Source: Tubiluchus corallicola
Lineage: Eukaryota; Animalia; Priapulida
NCBI GenBank assembly: GCA_030141605.1
Contig: JAQGDQ010000756.1
Span: 1-64,000 of the forward strand
DNA length: 64,000 nt
Direction: 5' to 3'
The position numbers were made by a program, and so were the translations under genes. Each line of letters starts with the position of its first letter. Positions within the stretch are counted from its first letter, which is position 1. Positions 23,346-37,276 of the stretch are shown here, piece after piece. The notes under the pieces are model-generated. The model saw only the letters and a program-made list of their open reading frames with translations, was not told the DNA's origin and did not search any database.

Positions 23346-25062
23346 CTGACATATTTGGTATATCGATTAGGAAAATAGTATGACAACTATGATCATTGCA
23401 ATGTATTGAATGTACAGTTGTCATAGGGAGAACTGCTTGAGAACTATGAATAAATCAGAAAGAATTAAGAAATGAAAGAATTAAAGAAAAGAACAAATCA
23501 CTCAGTATGTTTTGTTGATTTTACTGTTATCAACTTAAACTCAGAAAAATATAACAAGAAAATTTACAAAGAACTGCCTATAAAGCATGAATTTAAAATA
23601 TTCTACCTCTGATTAGAAATTTTGAAGTGTGGTAGTTGCCGCCATTGATTTGAAAATTATGACGTAACTGGGAGACTACGTGGGTTTCCGTAATCTCGCG
23701 CTGCTTATTCAGACTTCTGCAGCTTACCCAATGCTTACACAAAAATATTATAAAATTAGGTATCTATTTTTTTATGTAAAAACTTATACTTTTAGTGAAA
23801 ATTGACAATGCACTACTTTTCTTCAGGACGAATGACGTCATTGGAGGAAGAATGGGCATTGAAAATGGGAGCGTCCAAGCATGAAGTGATGACGACTTTA
23901 AAGCGATTTTACTAATTACACCAGGCGCTTATTGGAGTTTTATTACTAAATCTTTGTAACATTTTATTCTATTCACTCACTGGACAATGCAACTATGTTA
24001 CAAGTAAGTGCGCTAGCAGAAGTCTTGTAAACCTAGCACTAGGCCGTAAGTTGCAACATCAGCACATTTAGGAACTCCCACAAACTCAGTGATGCATTGA
24101 TCTACTTCAGTTTCTAGTGTTTTGCTGGATTCCTGATTTATAAACCTGTCTTGTGGGATGATTTCTTTTACTTTACAATTTTGCCTGCCCAATGTCTACA
24201 ATAGATGATGATGATGATGATTGCGAGGGATTTTAGTTTATTTTATTACTTTAGTGTTCTCTCATTCTGTAAAACCCCCTATTTTGTGCCTTTTAGCTGC
24301 ATTCATGTATGTATGTCTTGACTTGGCTTCTTTCTGTCATGCTCTACTGACAGAGCTAGTTTACTGGCCTAGTTGGCAGTCTGTTCTTGGCTAAGAGAGT
24401 CATCGTCGTTGTTGTTGTTGTTTGTCTCAGTTAAACCATTTATTTGTCAAGAGTAGAAGAGCCATGATGTAAGTTTATTCAGTCTCACTTTATTATTAAT
24501 TTCTTTGTTTCTTTTTTGGCTCAAATTAGTTTGTTATATTTTGTTATGATTTTTCTTACAGATAAAATGTAATAAAGCTACTCAAACATGAATTTTTTTA
24601 CTTTGGGCATCATGAAGTAGTAGTCTTTCACAATGATGTGGATGATGATGATGATGATGACGACGACGACGATGATGATGACGACGACGACGATGACAAT
24701 GATGATGATGATGCTGATGATGATGTCGACGACGTAAGATGAATTTAGTGGGATTCGCATCGTTTTTCGTCAGTGATTTTCTTTCATTTGCGAACCATTA
24801 TTTACTTTGGCTGGCATTAGATGCGCTACAAGAAATGCAGATTCTCTTTATTCTGATTTTACTCGCCAGTGAGAATTCAAACAACCATAATAACACGTAC
24901 ATATATTTCGTTGTAAAATGTGTTGCTTGTTGGCAGGTGTAATTACGTAATTCATGCTTTGTGGAATGTGTCATGGAATCTGTAGTGTTAATTCCTTGTT
25001 TGTCAGCTGTTTGGCAGGCTAGCAATTTTTTTCTTTGTAGCAATAAGTCGAAAACGGGAAAA

Positions 25063-28000
25063 CAAAAGTTTATTTAGCGTAGCCAGTACTCACTAAAACA
25101 TTTTGCAAGATTAGCAGTTCTAAATCAAAAGCAAAAGTTTATTTAGCGCAGCCAGTACTCGCTAAAACATTTTACAAGATTAGCAGTTCTAAATCAAAAG
25201 CAAAAGTTTATTTAGTGCAGCCAGTACTCGCTAAAACATTTTACAAAATTAGCAGTTCTAAATCAGAAGCAAAAGTTTATTTAGTGCAGCCAGTACTCGC
25301 TAAAACATTTTACAAAACTAGCAGTTCTAAATCAGAAGCAAAAGTTTATTTAGCGCAGTCAGTACTCGCTAAAACATTTTACAAGATTAGCAGTTCTAAA
25401 TCAAAAGCAAAAGTTTATTTAGCGCAGCCAGTACTCGCTAAAACATTTTACAAGATTAGCAGTTCTAAATCAAAAGCAAAAGTTTATTTAGCGTAGTCAG
25501 TACTCGCTAAAACATTTTACAAAATTAGCAGTTCTGAATCAAAAGCAAAAGTTTATTTAGCGTAGCCAGTACTCGCTAAAACATTTTACAAAATTAGCAG
25601 TTCTAAATCAAAAGCAAAAGTTTATTTAGCGTAGCCAGTACTCGCTAAAACATTTTACAAAATTAGCAGTTCTAAATCAAAAGCAAAAGTTTATTTAGTG
25701 TAGCCAGTACTCGCTAAAACATTTTACAAAATTAGCAGTTCTAAATCAAAAGCAAAAGTTTATTTAGCTTAGCCAGTACTCGCTAAAACATTTTACAAAA
25801 CTAGCAGTTCTAAATCAGAAGCAAAAGTTTATTTAGCTTAGCCAGTACTCGCTAAAACATTTTACAAAATTAGCAGTTCTAAATCAAAAGCAAAAGTTCA
25901 TTTAGCATAGCCAGTACTCACTAAAACATTTTACAAGATTAGCAGTTCTGAATCAAAAGCAAAAGCTTATTTAGCGTAGTCAGTACTCGCTAAAACATTT
26001 TACAAAATTAGCAGTTCTAAATCAAAAGCAAAAGTTCATTTAGCATAGCCAGTACTCACTAAAACATTTTACAAGATTAGCAGTTCTGAATCAAAAGCAA
26101 AAGCTTATTTAGCGTAGTCAGTACTCGCTAAAACATTTTACAAGATTAGCAGTTCTAAATCAAAAGCAAAAGTTTATTTAGCGCAGCCAGTACTCGCTAA
26201 AACATTTTACAAAATTAGCAGTTCTGAATCAAAAGCAAAAGTTTATTTAGCGTAGTCAGTACTCGCTAAAACATTTTACAAAATTAGCAGTTCTAAATCA
26301 AAAGCAAAAGTTTATTTAGCACAGCCAGTACTCGCTAAAACATTTTACAAGATTAGCAGTTCTAAATCAAAAGCAAAAGTTTATTTAGCGCAGCCAGTAC
26401 TCGCTAAAACATTTTACAAAATTAGCAGTTCTGAATCAAAAGCAAAAGTTTATTTAGCGTAGTCAGTACTCGCTAAAACATTTTACAAAATTAGCAGTTC
26501 TAAATCAAAAGCAAAAGTTTATTTAGCGTAGCCAGTACTCGCTAAAACATTTTACAAAATTAGCAGTTCTAAATCAAAAGCAAAAGTTTATTTAGCGTAG
26601 CCAGTACTCGCTAAAACATTTTACAAAATTAGCAGTTCTAAATCAAAAGCAAAAGTTTATTTAGTGCAGCCAGTACTCGCTAAAACATTTTACAAAACTA
26701 GCAGTTCTAAATCAGAAGCAAAAGTTTATTTAGCTTAGCCAGTACTCGCTAAAACATTTTACAAAACTAGCAGTTCTAAATCAGAAGCAAAAGTTTATTT
26801 AGCTTAGCCAGTACTTGCTAAAACATTTTACAAAATTAGCAGTTCTAAATCAAAAGCAAAAGTTTATTTAGTGCAGCCAGTACTCGCTAAAACATTTTAC
26901 AAAATTAGCAGTTCTAAATCAAAAGCAAAAGTTTATTTAGTGCAGCCAGTACTCGCTAAAGCATTTTACAAAATTAGCAGTTCTAAATCAAAAGCAAAAG
27001 TTTATTTAGCGTAGCCAGTACTCGCTAAAACATTTTACAAAATTAGCAGTTCTAAATCAAAAGCAAAAGTTTATTTAGTGCAGCCAGTACTCGCTAAAAC
27101 ATTTTACAAAACTAGCAGTTCTAAATCAGAAGCAAAAGTTTATTTAGCTTAGCCAGTACTCGCTAAAACATTTTACAAAATTAGCAGTTCTAAATCAAAA
27201 GCAAAAGTTTATTTAGCGTAGCCAGTACTCGCTAAAACATTTTACAAAATTAGCAGTTCTAAATCAAAAGCAAAAGTTTATTTAGCTTAGCCAGTACTCG
27301 CTAAAACATTTTACAAAACTAGCAGTTCTAAATCAGAAGCAAAAGTTTATTTAGTGCAGCCAGTACTCGCTAAAACATTTTACAAGATTAGCAGTTCTAA
27401 ATCAGAAGCAAAAGTTTATTTAGTGCAGCCAGTACTCGCTAAAACATTTTACAAAACTAGCAGTTCTAAATCAGAAGCAAAAGTTTATTTAGCATAGCCA
27501 GTACTCGCTAAAACATTTTACAAAACTAGCAGTTCTAAATCAGAAGCAAAAGTTTATTTAGCTTAGCCAGTACTTGCTAAAACATTTTACAAAATTAGCA
27601 GTTCTAAATCAAAAGCAAAAGTTTATTTAGTGCAGCCAGTACTCGCTAAAACATTTTACAAAATTAGCAGTTCTAAATCAAAAGCAAAAGTTTATTTAGT
27701 GCAGCCAGTACTCGCTAAAACATTTTACAAAATTAGCAGTTCTAAATCAAAAGCAAAAGTTTATTTAGCGTAGCCAGTACTCGCTAAAACATTTTACAAA
27801 ATTAGCAGTTCTAAATCAAAAGCAAAAGTTTATTTAGTGCAGCCAGTACTCGCTAAAACATTTTACAAAACTAGCAGTTCTAAATCAGAAGCAAAAGTTT
27901 ATTTAGCTTAGCCAGTACTCGCTAAAACATTTTACAAAATTAGCAGTTCTAAATCAAAAGCAAAAGTTTATTTAGCGTAGCCAGTACTCGCTAAAACATT

Positions 28001-29200
28001 TTACAAAATTAGCAGTTCTAAATCAAAAGCAAAAGTTTATTTAGCTTAGCCAGTACTCGCTAAAACATTTTACAAAACTAGCAGTTCTAAATCAGAAGCA
28101 AAAGTTTATTTAGCATAGCCAGTACTCGCTAAAACATTTTACAAAACTAGCAGTTCTAAATCAGAAGCAAAAGTTTATTTAGCATAGCCAGTACTCGCTA
28201 AAACATTTTACAAAACTAGCAGTTCTAAATCAAAAGCAAAAGTTTATTTAGCGCAGCCAGTACTCGTTAAAACATTTTACAAGACTAGCAGTTCTAAATC
28301 AAAGGCAATAGTTTATTTAGTGCAGCCAGTACTCGCTAAAACATTTTACAAAACTAGCAGTTCTAAATCAAAAGCAAAAGTTTATTTAGCGCAGCCAGTA
28401 CTCGTTAAAACATTTTACAAGATTAGCAGTTCTGAATCAAAAGCAAAAGTTTATTTAGCGCAGCCAGTACTCGTTAAAGCACTTTACAAAATTGGCAGTT
28501 CTAAATCAAAAGCAAAAGTTTATTTAGTGCAGCCAGTACTCGCTAAAACATTTTACAAAACTAGCAGTTCTAAATCAGAAGCAAAAGTTTATTTAGCGTA
28601 GCCAGTACTCGCTAAAACATTTTACAAAACTAGCAGTTCTAAATCAAAAGCAAAAGTTTATTTAGCGCAGCCAGTACTCGTTAAAACATTTTACAAAACT
28701 AGCAGTTCTAAATCAGAAGCAAAAGTTTATTTAGCGCAGCCAGTACTCGTTAAAACATTTTACAAAACTAGCAGTTCTAAATCAAAAGCAAAAGTTTATT
28801 TAGCGTAGCCAGTACTCGCTAAAACATTTTACAAGATTAGCAGTTCTAAATCAAAAGCAAAAGTTTATTTAGCGCAGCCAGTACTCGCTAAAACATTTTA
28901 CAAAATTAGCAGTTCTAAATCAAAAGCAAAAGTTCATTTAGCGTAGCCAGTACTCACTAAAACATTTTACAAAATTAGCAGTTCTAAATCAAAAGCAAAA
29001 GTTTATTTAGTGCAGCCAGTACTCGCTAAAACATTTTACAAAACTAGCAGTTCTAAATCAGAAGCAAAAGTTTATTTAGCGTAGCCAGTACTCGTTAAAA
29101 CATTTTACAAAACTAGCAGTTCTAAATCAAAAGCAAAAGTTTATTTAGCGCAGCCAGTACTCGTTAAAACATTTTACAAGGTTAGCACTTCTAAATTAGA
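25063..29200. repeat. 69-bp satellite, ~60 copies
   Basis: Unit AAAGTTTATTTAGCGCAGCCAGTACTCGCTAAAACATTTTACAAGATTAGCAGTTCTAAATCAAAAGCA. Confidence 0.97.
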
Positions 29201-29586
29201 AGGATCCGACATTAGCAATTAACAAAAGTTTTCAAACAAAATTGCCTAGTCAGAGATCATCGTAGCTGAGTTTATTACTACATACAGCCTAGAAAAAAGG
29301 CTAATGTTGTCACTTAAGGATGTGTGTAGGGTGTAGTGTGGCTTAGCAGATCGATAATTTTGGGAGAGACAGTGACGTTTCTCTAAATGCTGATTGTATG
29401 ATTGTGAAAACCTGTAGTGTTCTGTATCTTTCATAATCATTGCATGTTTTAATGCTGGAGTTGAATGTTTAATGTCTGTCGTTTTATAAGCAATTAATGC
29501 ATAGAAAAGAGTTTCTCTGCTGCAGTACCACAAATCAAACTCAGGGTTGTTCTAATGTTACTACTTCAGCCCTTTTCTCGTCCAAT

Positions 29587-32192
29587 GTCACAAAGGTGCA
29601 GCTTCCAGATTCAGTTCGTTTTAGTAAATTATTTCCGGATAGATGGCAGCACGGTGCTACACGTTGATTTTAATTCATCAGATTGTACTAAGTTGTACTG
29701 GCATCTCGCGTCCGGCAAGCAGAGCCAGTAAGAACATCGGTCACAAAGGTGCAGCTTCCGGATTCAGTTCGTCTTAGTAAATTATTTCCGGATAGATGGC
29801 AGCACGGTGCAACACGTTGATTTTAATTCATCAGATTGTACTAAGTTGTACTGGCGTCTCGCGTCCGGCAAGCAGAGCCAGTAAGAACATCGGTCACAAA
29901 GGTGCAGCTTCCGGATTCAGTTCGTTTTAGTAAATTATTTCCGGATAGATGGCAGCACGTAGCTACACGTTGATTTTAATTCATCAGATTGTACTGAGTT
30001 GTACTGGCATCTCGCGTCCGACAAGCAGAGCCAGTAAGAACATCGGTCACAAAGGTGCAGCTTCCGGATTCAGTTCGTCTTAGTAAATTATTTCCGGATA
30101 GATGGCAGCACGGTGCAACACGTTGATTTTAATTCATCAGATTGTACTAAGTTGTACTGGCGTCTCGCGTCCGGCAAGCAGAGCCAGTAAGAACATCGGT
30201 CACAAAGGTGCAGCTTCCGGATTCAGTTCGTTTTAGTAAATTATTTCCGGATAGATGGCAGCACGGTGCTACACGTTGATTTTAATTCATCAGATTGTAC
30301 TGAGTTGTACTGGCATCTCGCGTCCGACAAGCAGAGCCAGTAAGAACATTGAGCGCAAAGGTGCAGCTTCCAGATTCAGTTCGTCTTAGTAAATTATTTC
30401 CGGATAGATGGCAGCACGGTGCTACACGTTGATTTTAATTCATCAGATTGTACTGAGTTGTACTGGCATCTCGCGTCCGACAAGCAGAGCCAGTAAGAAC
30501 ATTGAGCGCAAAGGTGCAGCTTCCAGATTCAGTTCGTTTTAGTAAATTATTTCCGGATAGATGGCAGCACGGTGCTACACGTTGATTTTAATTCATCAGA
30601 CTGTACTAAGTTGTACTGGCATCTCGCGTCCGGCAAGCAGAGCCAGTAAGAACATTGGTCACAAAGGTGCAGCTTCCGGATTCAGTTCGTTTTAGTAAAT
30701 TATTTCCGGATAGATGGCAGCACGGTGCTACACGTTGATTTTAATTCATCAGATTGTACTGAGTTGTACTGGCATCTCGCGTCCGACAAGCAGAGCCAGT
30801 AAGAACATTGGTCACAAAGGTACAGCTTCCGGATTCAGTTCGTTTTAGTAAATTATTTCCGGATAGATGGCAGCACGGTGCTACACGTTGATTTTAATTC
30901 ATCAGATTGTACTAAGTTGTACTGGCATCTCGCGTCCGACAAGCAGAGCCAGTAAGAACATTGAGCGCAAAGGTGCAGCTTCCAGATTCAGTTCGTCTTA
31001 GTAAATTATTTCCGGATAGATGGCAGCACGGTGCTACACGTTGATTTTAATTCATCAGATTGTACTGAGTTGTACTGGCATCTCGCGTCCGACAAGCAGA
31101 GCCAGTAAGAACATTGAGCGCAAAGGTGCAGCTTCCAGATTCAGTTCGTTTTAGTAAATTATTTCCGGATAGATGGCAGCACGGTGCTACACGTTGATTT
31201 TAATTCATCAGATTGTACTGAGTTGTACTGGCATCTCGCGTCCGACAAACAGAGCCAGTAAGAACATTGAGCGCAAAGGTGCAGCTTCCAGATTCAGTTC
31301 GTCTTAGTAAATTATTTCCGGATAGATGGCAGCACGGTGCAACACGTTGATTTTAATTCATCAGATTGTACTAAGTTGTACTGGCATCTCGCGTCCGGCA
31401 AGCAGAGCCAGTAAGAACATCGGTCACAAAGGTGCAGCTTCCGGATTCAGTTCGTTTTAGTAAATTATTTCCGGATAGATGGCAGCACGGTGCAACACGT
31501 TGATTTTAATTCATCAGATTGTACTAAGTTGTACTGGCATCTCGCGTCCGACAAGCAGAGCCAGTAAGAACATTGGTCACAAAGGTACAGCTTCCGGATT
31601 CAGTTCGTTTTAGTAAATTATTTCCGGATAGATGGCAGCACGGTGCTACACGTTGATTTTAATTCATCAGATTGTACTAAGTTGTACTGGCATCTCGCGT
31701 CCGACAAGCAGAGCCAGTAAGAACATTGAGCGCAAAGGTGCAGCTTCCAGATTCAGTTCGTCTTAGTAAATTATTTCCGGATAGATGGCAGCACGGTGCT
31801 ACACGTTGATTTTAATTCATCAGATGGTACTGAGTTCTACTGGCATCTCGCTTCCGACAAGCAGAGCCAGTAAGAACATTGGTCACAAAGGTGCAGCTTC
31901 CGGATTCAGTTCGTCTTAGTAAATTATTTCCGGATAGATGGCAGCACGGTGCTACACGTTGATTTTAATTCATCAGATTGTACTAAGTTGTACTGGCATC
32001 TCGCGTCCGGCAAGCAGAGCTAGTAAGAACATTGAGCGCAAAGGTGCAGCTTCCAGATTCAGTTCGTTTTAGTAAATTATTTCCGGATAGATGGCAGCAC
32101 GGTGCTACACGTTGATTTTAATTCATCAGACTGTACTAAGTTGTACTGGCATCTCGCGTCCGGCAAGCAGAGCTAGTAAGAACATTGAGCGC
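29587..32192. repeat. 153-bp satellite, ~17 copies
   Basis: TCACAAAGGT recurs at 29588, 29741 and onward. Two junction variants (GGTCACAAAG / GAGCGCAAAG). Confidence 0.97.
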
Positions 32193-32591
32193 TAAGCTGT
32201 TATCACCACAGATCAGACTGTACAGGCTTCACTCTTCTAAACAACTTCCTTCTTTATAATCGACTTATAATTGTACTTTAATGTTGCTTGTTAAGTAAAA
32301 ATATCGCACGAACGCCCTTTCCTAGGGCATTTTACCAAGTTTCATCTGTAGTACGGCAATTTCGCCACCAGAGGCGCAGGCGCACATACATGCTCAATGG
32401 CGGCCTAGTCAAATGTTCGTTTTATGTACAATTTTATCCAAACTTTTACCAAGGATTCTTAAACATGAAATTATCGTAAAGAATGAGGTAAGTATTTGTA
32501 TTCGTAATATAATCGCGAGTTATTCAAGCTCAACTTAATTTTGGTGATATTACCCCTTTAAACTAAGAGTCTCCGGGCAGTAATTCCCTAC

Positions 32592-34305
32592 GCATTTTCA
32601 TTGACTGCTGAACATCGCCTTGATGACATCAAATTAAAATGGCTGAGTGGTTGAAATGCATGTAACGCGCATTCTCATTGGCTGCTGAACTTCGACTTGA
32701 TGACATTAAATCAAAATGGCTGAATGGTTGAATTCGGTTGTAAATGCATGTAACGCGCATTCCCATTGGCTGCTGGACTTCCCCTTGACGACGTCAAATT
32801 AAAATGGCTGAATGTTTGAACTCGGGTTGTAAATGCATGTAACGCGCATTCTCATTGGCTGCTGAACTTCGCCTTGATGACGTCAAATCAAAACGGCTGA
32901 ATGTTTGAACTCGGGTTGTAAATGCATGTAACGCGCATTCTCATTGGCTGCTGAACTTCGCCTTGATGACATTAAATTAAAATGGCTGAGTGGTTGAATT
33001 CGGTTGTAAATGCATGTAACGCGCATTCCCATTGACTGCTGAACATCGCCTTGATGACGTCAAATTAAAATGGCTGAATGTTTGAACTCGGGTTGTAAAT
33101 GCATGTAACGCGCATTCTCATTGGCTGCTGAACTTCGCCTTGATGACGTCAAATCAAAACGGCTGAATGTTTGAACTCGGGTTGTAAATGCATGTAACGC
33201 GCATTCTCATTGGCTGCTGAACTTCGCCTTGATGACATTAAATCAAAATGGCTGAATGGTTGAATTCGGTTGTAAATGCATGTAACGCGCATTCCCATTG
33301 GCTGCTGGACTTCCCCTTGACGACGTCAAATTAAAATGGCTGAATGTTTGAACTCGGGTTGTAAATGCATGTAACGCGCATTCTCATTGGCTGCTGAACT
33401 TCGCCTTGATGACGTCAAATTAAAATGGCTGAGTGGTTGAACGCATTCTCATTGGCTGCTGAACATCGCCTTGATGACATCAAATTAAAATGGCAGAGTG
33501 AATTCGGTTGTAAATGCATGTAACGCGCATTCTCATTGGCTGCTGAACTTCCCCTTGATGACGTCAAATTAAAATGGCTGAATGTTTGAACTCGGGTTGT
33601 AAATGCATGTAACGCGCATTCTCATTGGCTGCTGAACTTCGCCTTGATGACGTCAAATCAAAATGGCTGAATGTTTGAACTCGGGTTGTAAATGCATGTA
33701 ACGCGCATTCTCATTGGCTGCTGAACTTCGCCTTGATGACATTAAATCAAAATGGCTGAATGGTTGAATTCGGGTTGTAAATGCATGTAACGCGCATTCT
33801 CATTGGCTGCTGGACTTCGCCTTGACGACGTCAAATCAAAATGGCTGAATGTTTGAACTCGGGTTGTAAATGCATGTAACGCGCATTCTCATTGACTGCT
33901 GGACTTCGCCTTGATGACGTCAAATCAAAATGGCTGAATGTTTGAACTCGGGTTGTAAATGCATGTAACGCGCATTCTCATTGGCTGCTGGACTTCGCCT
34001 TGACGACGTCAAATCAAAATGGCTGAGTGTTTGAACTCGGGTTGTAAATGCATGTAACGCGCATTCTCATTGGCTACTGAACTTCGCCTTGACTTTGTCA
34101 AATCAAAATGGCTGAGTGTTTGAACTCGGGTTGTAAATGCATGTAACGCGCATTCTCATTGGCTGCTGAACTTCGCCTTGATGACGTCAAATTAAAATGG
34201 CTGAGTGGTTGAATGCATTCTCATTGGCTGCTGAACTTCGCCTTGATGACGTCAAATTAAAATGGCTGAATCTTTGAACTCGGGTTGTAAATGCATGTAA
34301 CGCAG
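32592..34305. repeat. 88-89-bp satellite, ~19 copies
   Basis: Unit AAATGCATGTAACGCGCATTCTCATTGGCTGCTGAACTTCGCCTTGATGACGTCAAATCAAAATGGCTGAATGTTTGAACTCGGGTTGT. Confidence 0.97.
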
Positions 34306-34736
34306 TTGCATTAGTCCGAATTTTTAGAAGTTCTGTGAAAGTTTCTTTATTTTAAGGCAGAAAAACAACCACGTTGGTTTTCCTCAAAAAGTTCAACGAA
34401 GACAAACATCAACATCCATCACCAAAGCTGAGCTTGAAGAAGAAGCTCTCTACAAATGTTAGAAGGAAAGAATGTTGTTGTTTCATGAGATTATTTTAAC
34501 ATTGATAACGTTAATAAGAAACCTCGCTTAGTGTCTGAGCATGCTGCTTGATTTACCTGACTTCTGATAAACCCAAACACTAGGAGTGCTGTGTACCACA
34601 ACAACTAAACTCTTCTATACATTCAATTAATGATCTTTCTTGGTGTGCGTTATGTAAAATACGTGTAGCATTCATCAAGTGCTTTTATCAGTTTTGTTAC
34701 ATTTTTTGCTTTATTTAGATAATTCTACTTAATTAA

Positions 34737-35258
34737 AGGAAAACCGGATGATTGTGTCAACGTGAGTTCAAAATAAAGAATGCTGTAAAATATTGAAAAC
34801 TACAATAGCTTTTTTAAATCAAAGCTTAGGTTAAATAATAATTACCTCGGATACTCAAATTTCGTTAAACTTGCGGCTCAGTGAATCTACTAAGATTGGC
34901 AATGACGTCTTTTTCTTACATTCGCATGGCCAACAAATAGAAGGTGGTAACCATGTTCAAGAACTGCAGTGTTAGTTTCTGATATCATATGACGTAGAGC
35001 CCATTTTCGTGACGTCATGCGTTTGAGCTGTAATACTTGCGCAAATGTGCTTGACGCGCAAGGGAAGATACCTATCATTGCACAAACTGTGGTACGTTTG
35101 TGACGTAAGCAATAGCTGTGTTCGGTTAGCGTTAATTAACTTTCTAAGCTAATTATTCAAATATATGAAACAATTGCTAACTTTTATAGTCAAGAAAATG
35201 TATATTTTGTACAGTAAATTAAAATGACATTGAGTCTAAACAATCGTCCGGTCTTCCT
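34737..35258. mobile_element. Non-autonomous DNA transposon, Kolobok-like (family A, copy 2)
   Basis: TTAA TSD; TIRs AGGAAAACCGGATGATTGT / ACAATCGTCCGGTCTTCCT; colinear with 494..1031. Confidence 0.8.
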
Positions 35259-35747
35259 TTAATAGTAAAATTACAGAGACTCGTATTTCTCCACGTGTCA
35301 CAAGTGTTCCAACATTTTCCTGACTCTCTTACATTGAACACAACCAGTTACAGTAGCCTGCATTGAACGCGCATGTGTATAATTCGCAATTCTCAAGAGC
35401 TAGCCAACATTCGTGCACACGATACGTCGCAAATGCTGCTGTTTGCCTCCACAATCTGATCGGTAAAGTTATGACGCTGGTCGTTGCTTAGAAACAAGTT
35501 TTCGTTAAATTGTGAGTATAATTAGATTACTTAACACTGTTTAAAAAAGTAAGTTATGTGAACTATTGATAATATTACGTGAAAAAATGGCGGCAGGTGC
35601 CATGCACAAATTAATATTTTTGTTAAGTAATTGTTTGTGATTCGTGTTACATGGCTTCAGCAGCTGCGTGGTGTCGTGTGCGTTCCATCAAGAAGAAAAA
35701 TAGGTCAACTGATCACGAAATTTTAGATAATGTGGATAAAAGCTTAC

Positions 35748-36051
35748 TGCTTTTGGTGGTAGTGGTGCAGTGAAGGTATAAATGCTGGTGTTGCTTTTGG
35801 TGGTAGTGGTGCAGTGAAGGTGGAAATGCTGGTGTTGCTTTTTATGGTAGTGGTGCAGTGAAGGTGGAAATGCTGGTGTTGCTTTTGTTTTGTTGATGAT
35901 GATGATGTTGTTGCTGTTGCTGTGGAGGTGGCAGTGGCGGCAGGGGGTAGCGGTGGTTGTTGTTGCTGTTGCTGCTGCTGCTGCTGCTTCCGCTGTTGCT
36001 GTGACAGAAACAGCAATAGCAATAGCAATAGTTGTTGTTCTTGTTGTTGTA

Positions 36052-36086
<35 letters not shown>

Positions 36087-36196
36087 TGCTGCTGTTGTTT
36101 CTGCTGCTGTGTTGCTGTTGCTGTGACTGTTGCTGTGACAGAAATAGCAATAGTTGTTGTAGTTGTTGTTATTGTTGTTGCTGCTGCTGTGGCTGT

Positions 36197-36233
<37 letters not shown>

Positions 36234-36245
36234 ACTGTGTTGCTG
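35748..36245. repeat. Three short GTGGTAGTGGTGCAGTGAAGG repeats followed by a (GTT/GCT)n tract
   Basis: Direct reading. Confidence 0.85.
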
Positions 36246-37276
36246 CAGAAACTTCTAGTTTTGCTTCTACTACACTCCCAGCCTCTCTACTTTTGCTGTT
36301 ATTTTTTCAGTGCTAATTTTGCACATGTTTCATCACGCCAAACCTTTTAAACCTTGTACTAGGTTTTCATGGTAACAGGTCCCATCTGGCTCCAGCACTT
36401 GGCTTCTTCGCTGCATCGTTCTGAGACTGTCACGAAAATCAGTGTCACGTCCCTACAGCAAACAAATCACCCGATTTCGGTTACTTGGTCAAGTTGTCAC
36501 TGCCTAGTTAACCAATTTCTCGATAATTCGCAAACGCGGCGGTGCGCCCTGTAAATCGGGTTATCACAAGCTGTCTTGATCCCGTTTACCATCTCGGAAG
36601 ATGTCAGCCGCTGTGTGGCAGCACTAATTCACTTAATGATGCTTCAGTGATAGACATCAGTGCTTGTCTTACATAAGTATGCAGATTAGAGGAAGCCAGT
36701 TTACTAGTGGCCTAGAAACGAGGTTATTAAATTTCAGAAAAAAAGACGCAGGGTAGAACATAGGAAGGAAATATGAAAACATCCTAGGCCTGGATTCGAA
36801 CCAGCAACCTTTTGATCACATTCAGTGTCCTGACGTCTCGTCCTATTGTTAACTAAATGACAATCCTACTAGTTTTCTAACATTTGAATTAAAGTACGAT
36901 ATTCTCACGTGAAGCTGTGTAGTTTAATAGTCATGGCGTATGATGTGTAATTCAGAGATCCTTGGTTCAAGTCCGACTTTTGCACATTTCTTTCTCTTCG
37001 ATTTAGCTTTTTCCATCTTTCGATTCCAAATACTGATTTTGAAATTATAATTATAATTAATGATTTCTTAGTCTTCACATTGTCTTCACATTGTCTTCAC
37101 ATTGTCTTCACATTGTCTGAATGAGGGAATGAAACGTTTTGCTTAAAGGAAAAGCAGACGATTGATTAGACTCTATCACATTTTAATTTACTATCCAAAA
37201 TATACGCTTTGTTACCTATAAAAGTTAGCAATTGTTTCTAATATTTTAATCATTACCTTGAAAACAAACAAACCAG

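Noticed and set aside
29587-32192. Hammerhead ribozyme (retrozyme) in the 153-bp satellite; the minus strand has CTGATGA...GAAA
   Set aside because: The sequence between the two boxes cannot close stem II (ATT... versus ...CCG), and no stem III was found.
25063-34305. Tandem arrays as CRISPR arrays
   Set aside because: Units are contiguous with no unique spacers, there are no cas genes, and the context is eukaryotic.
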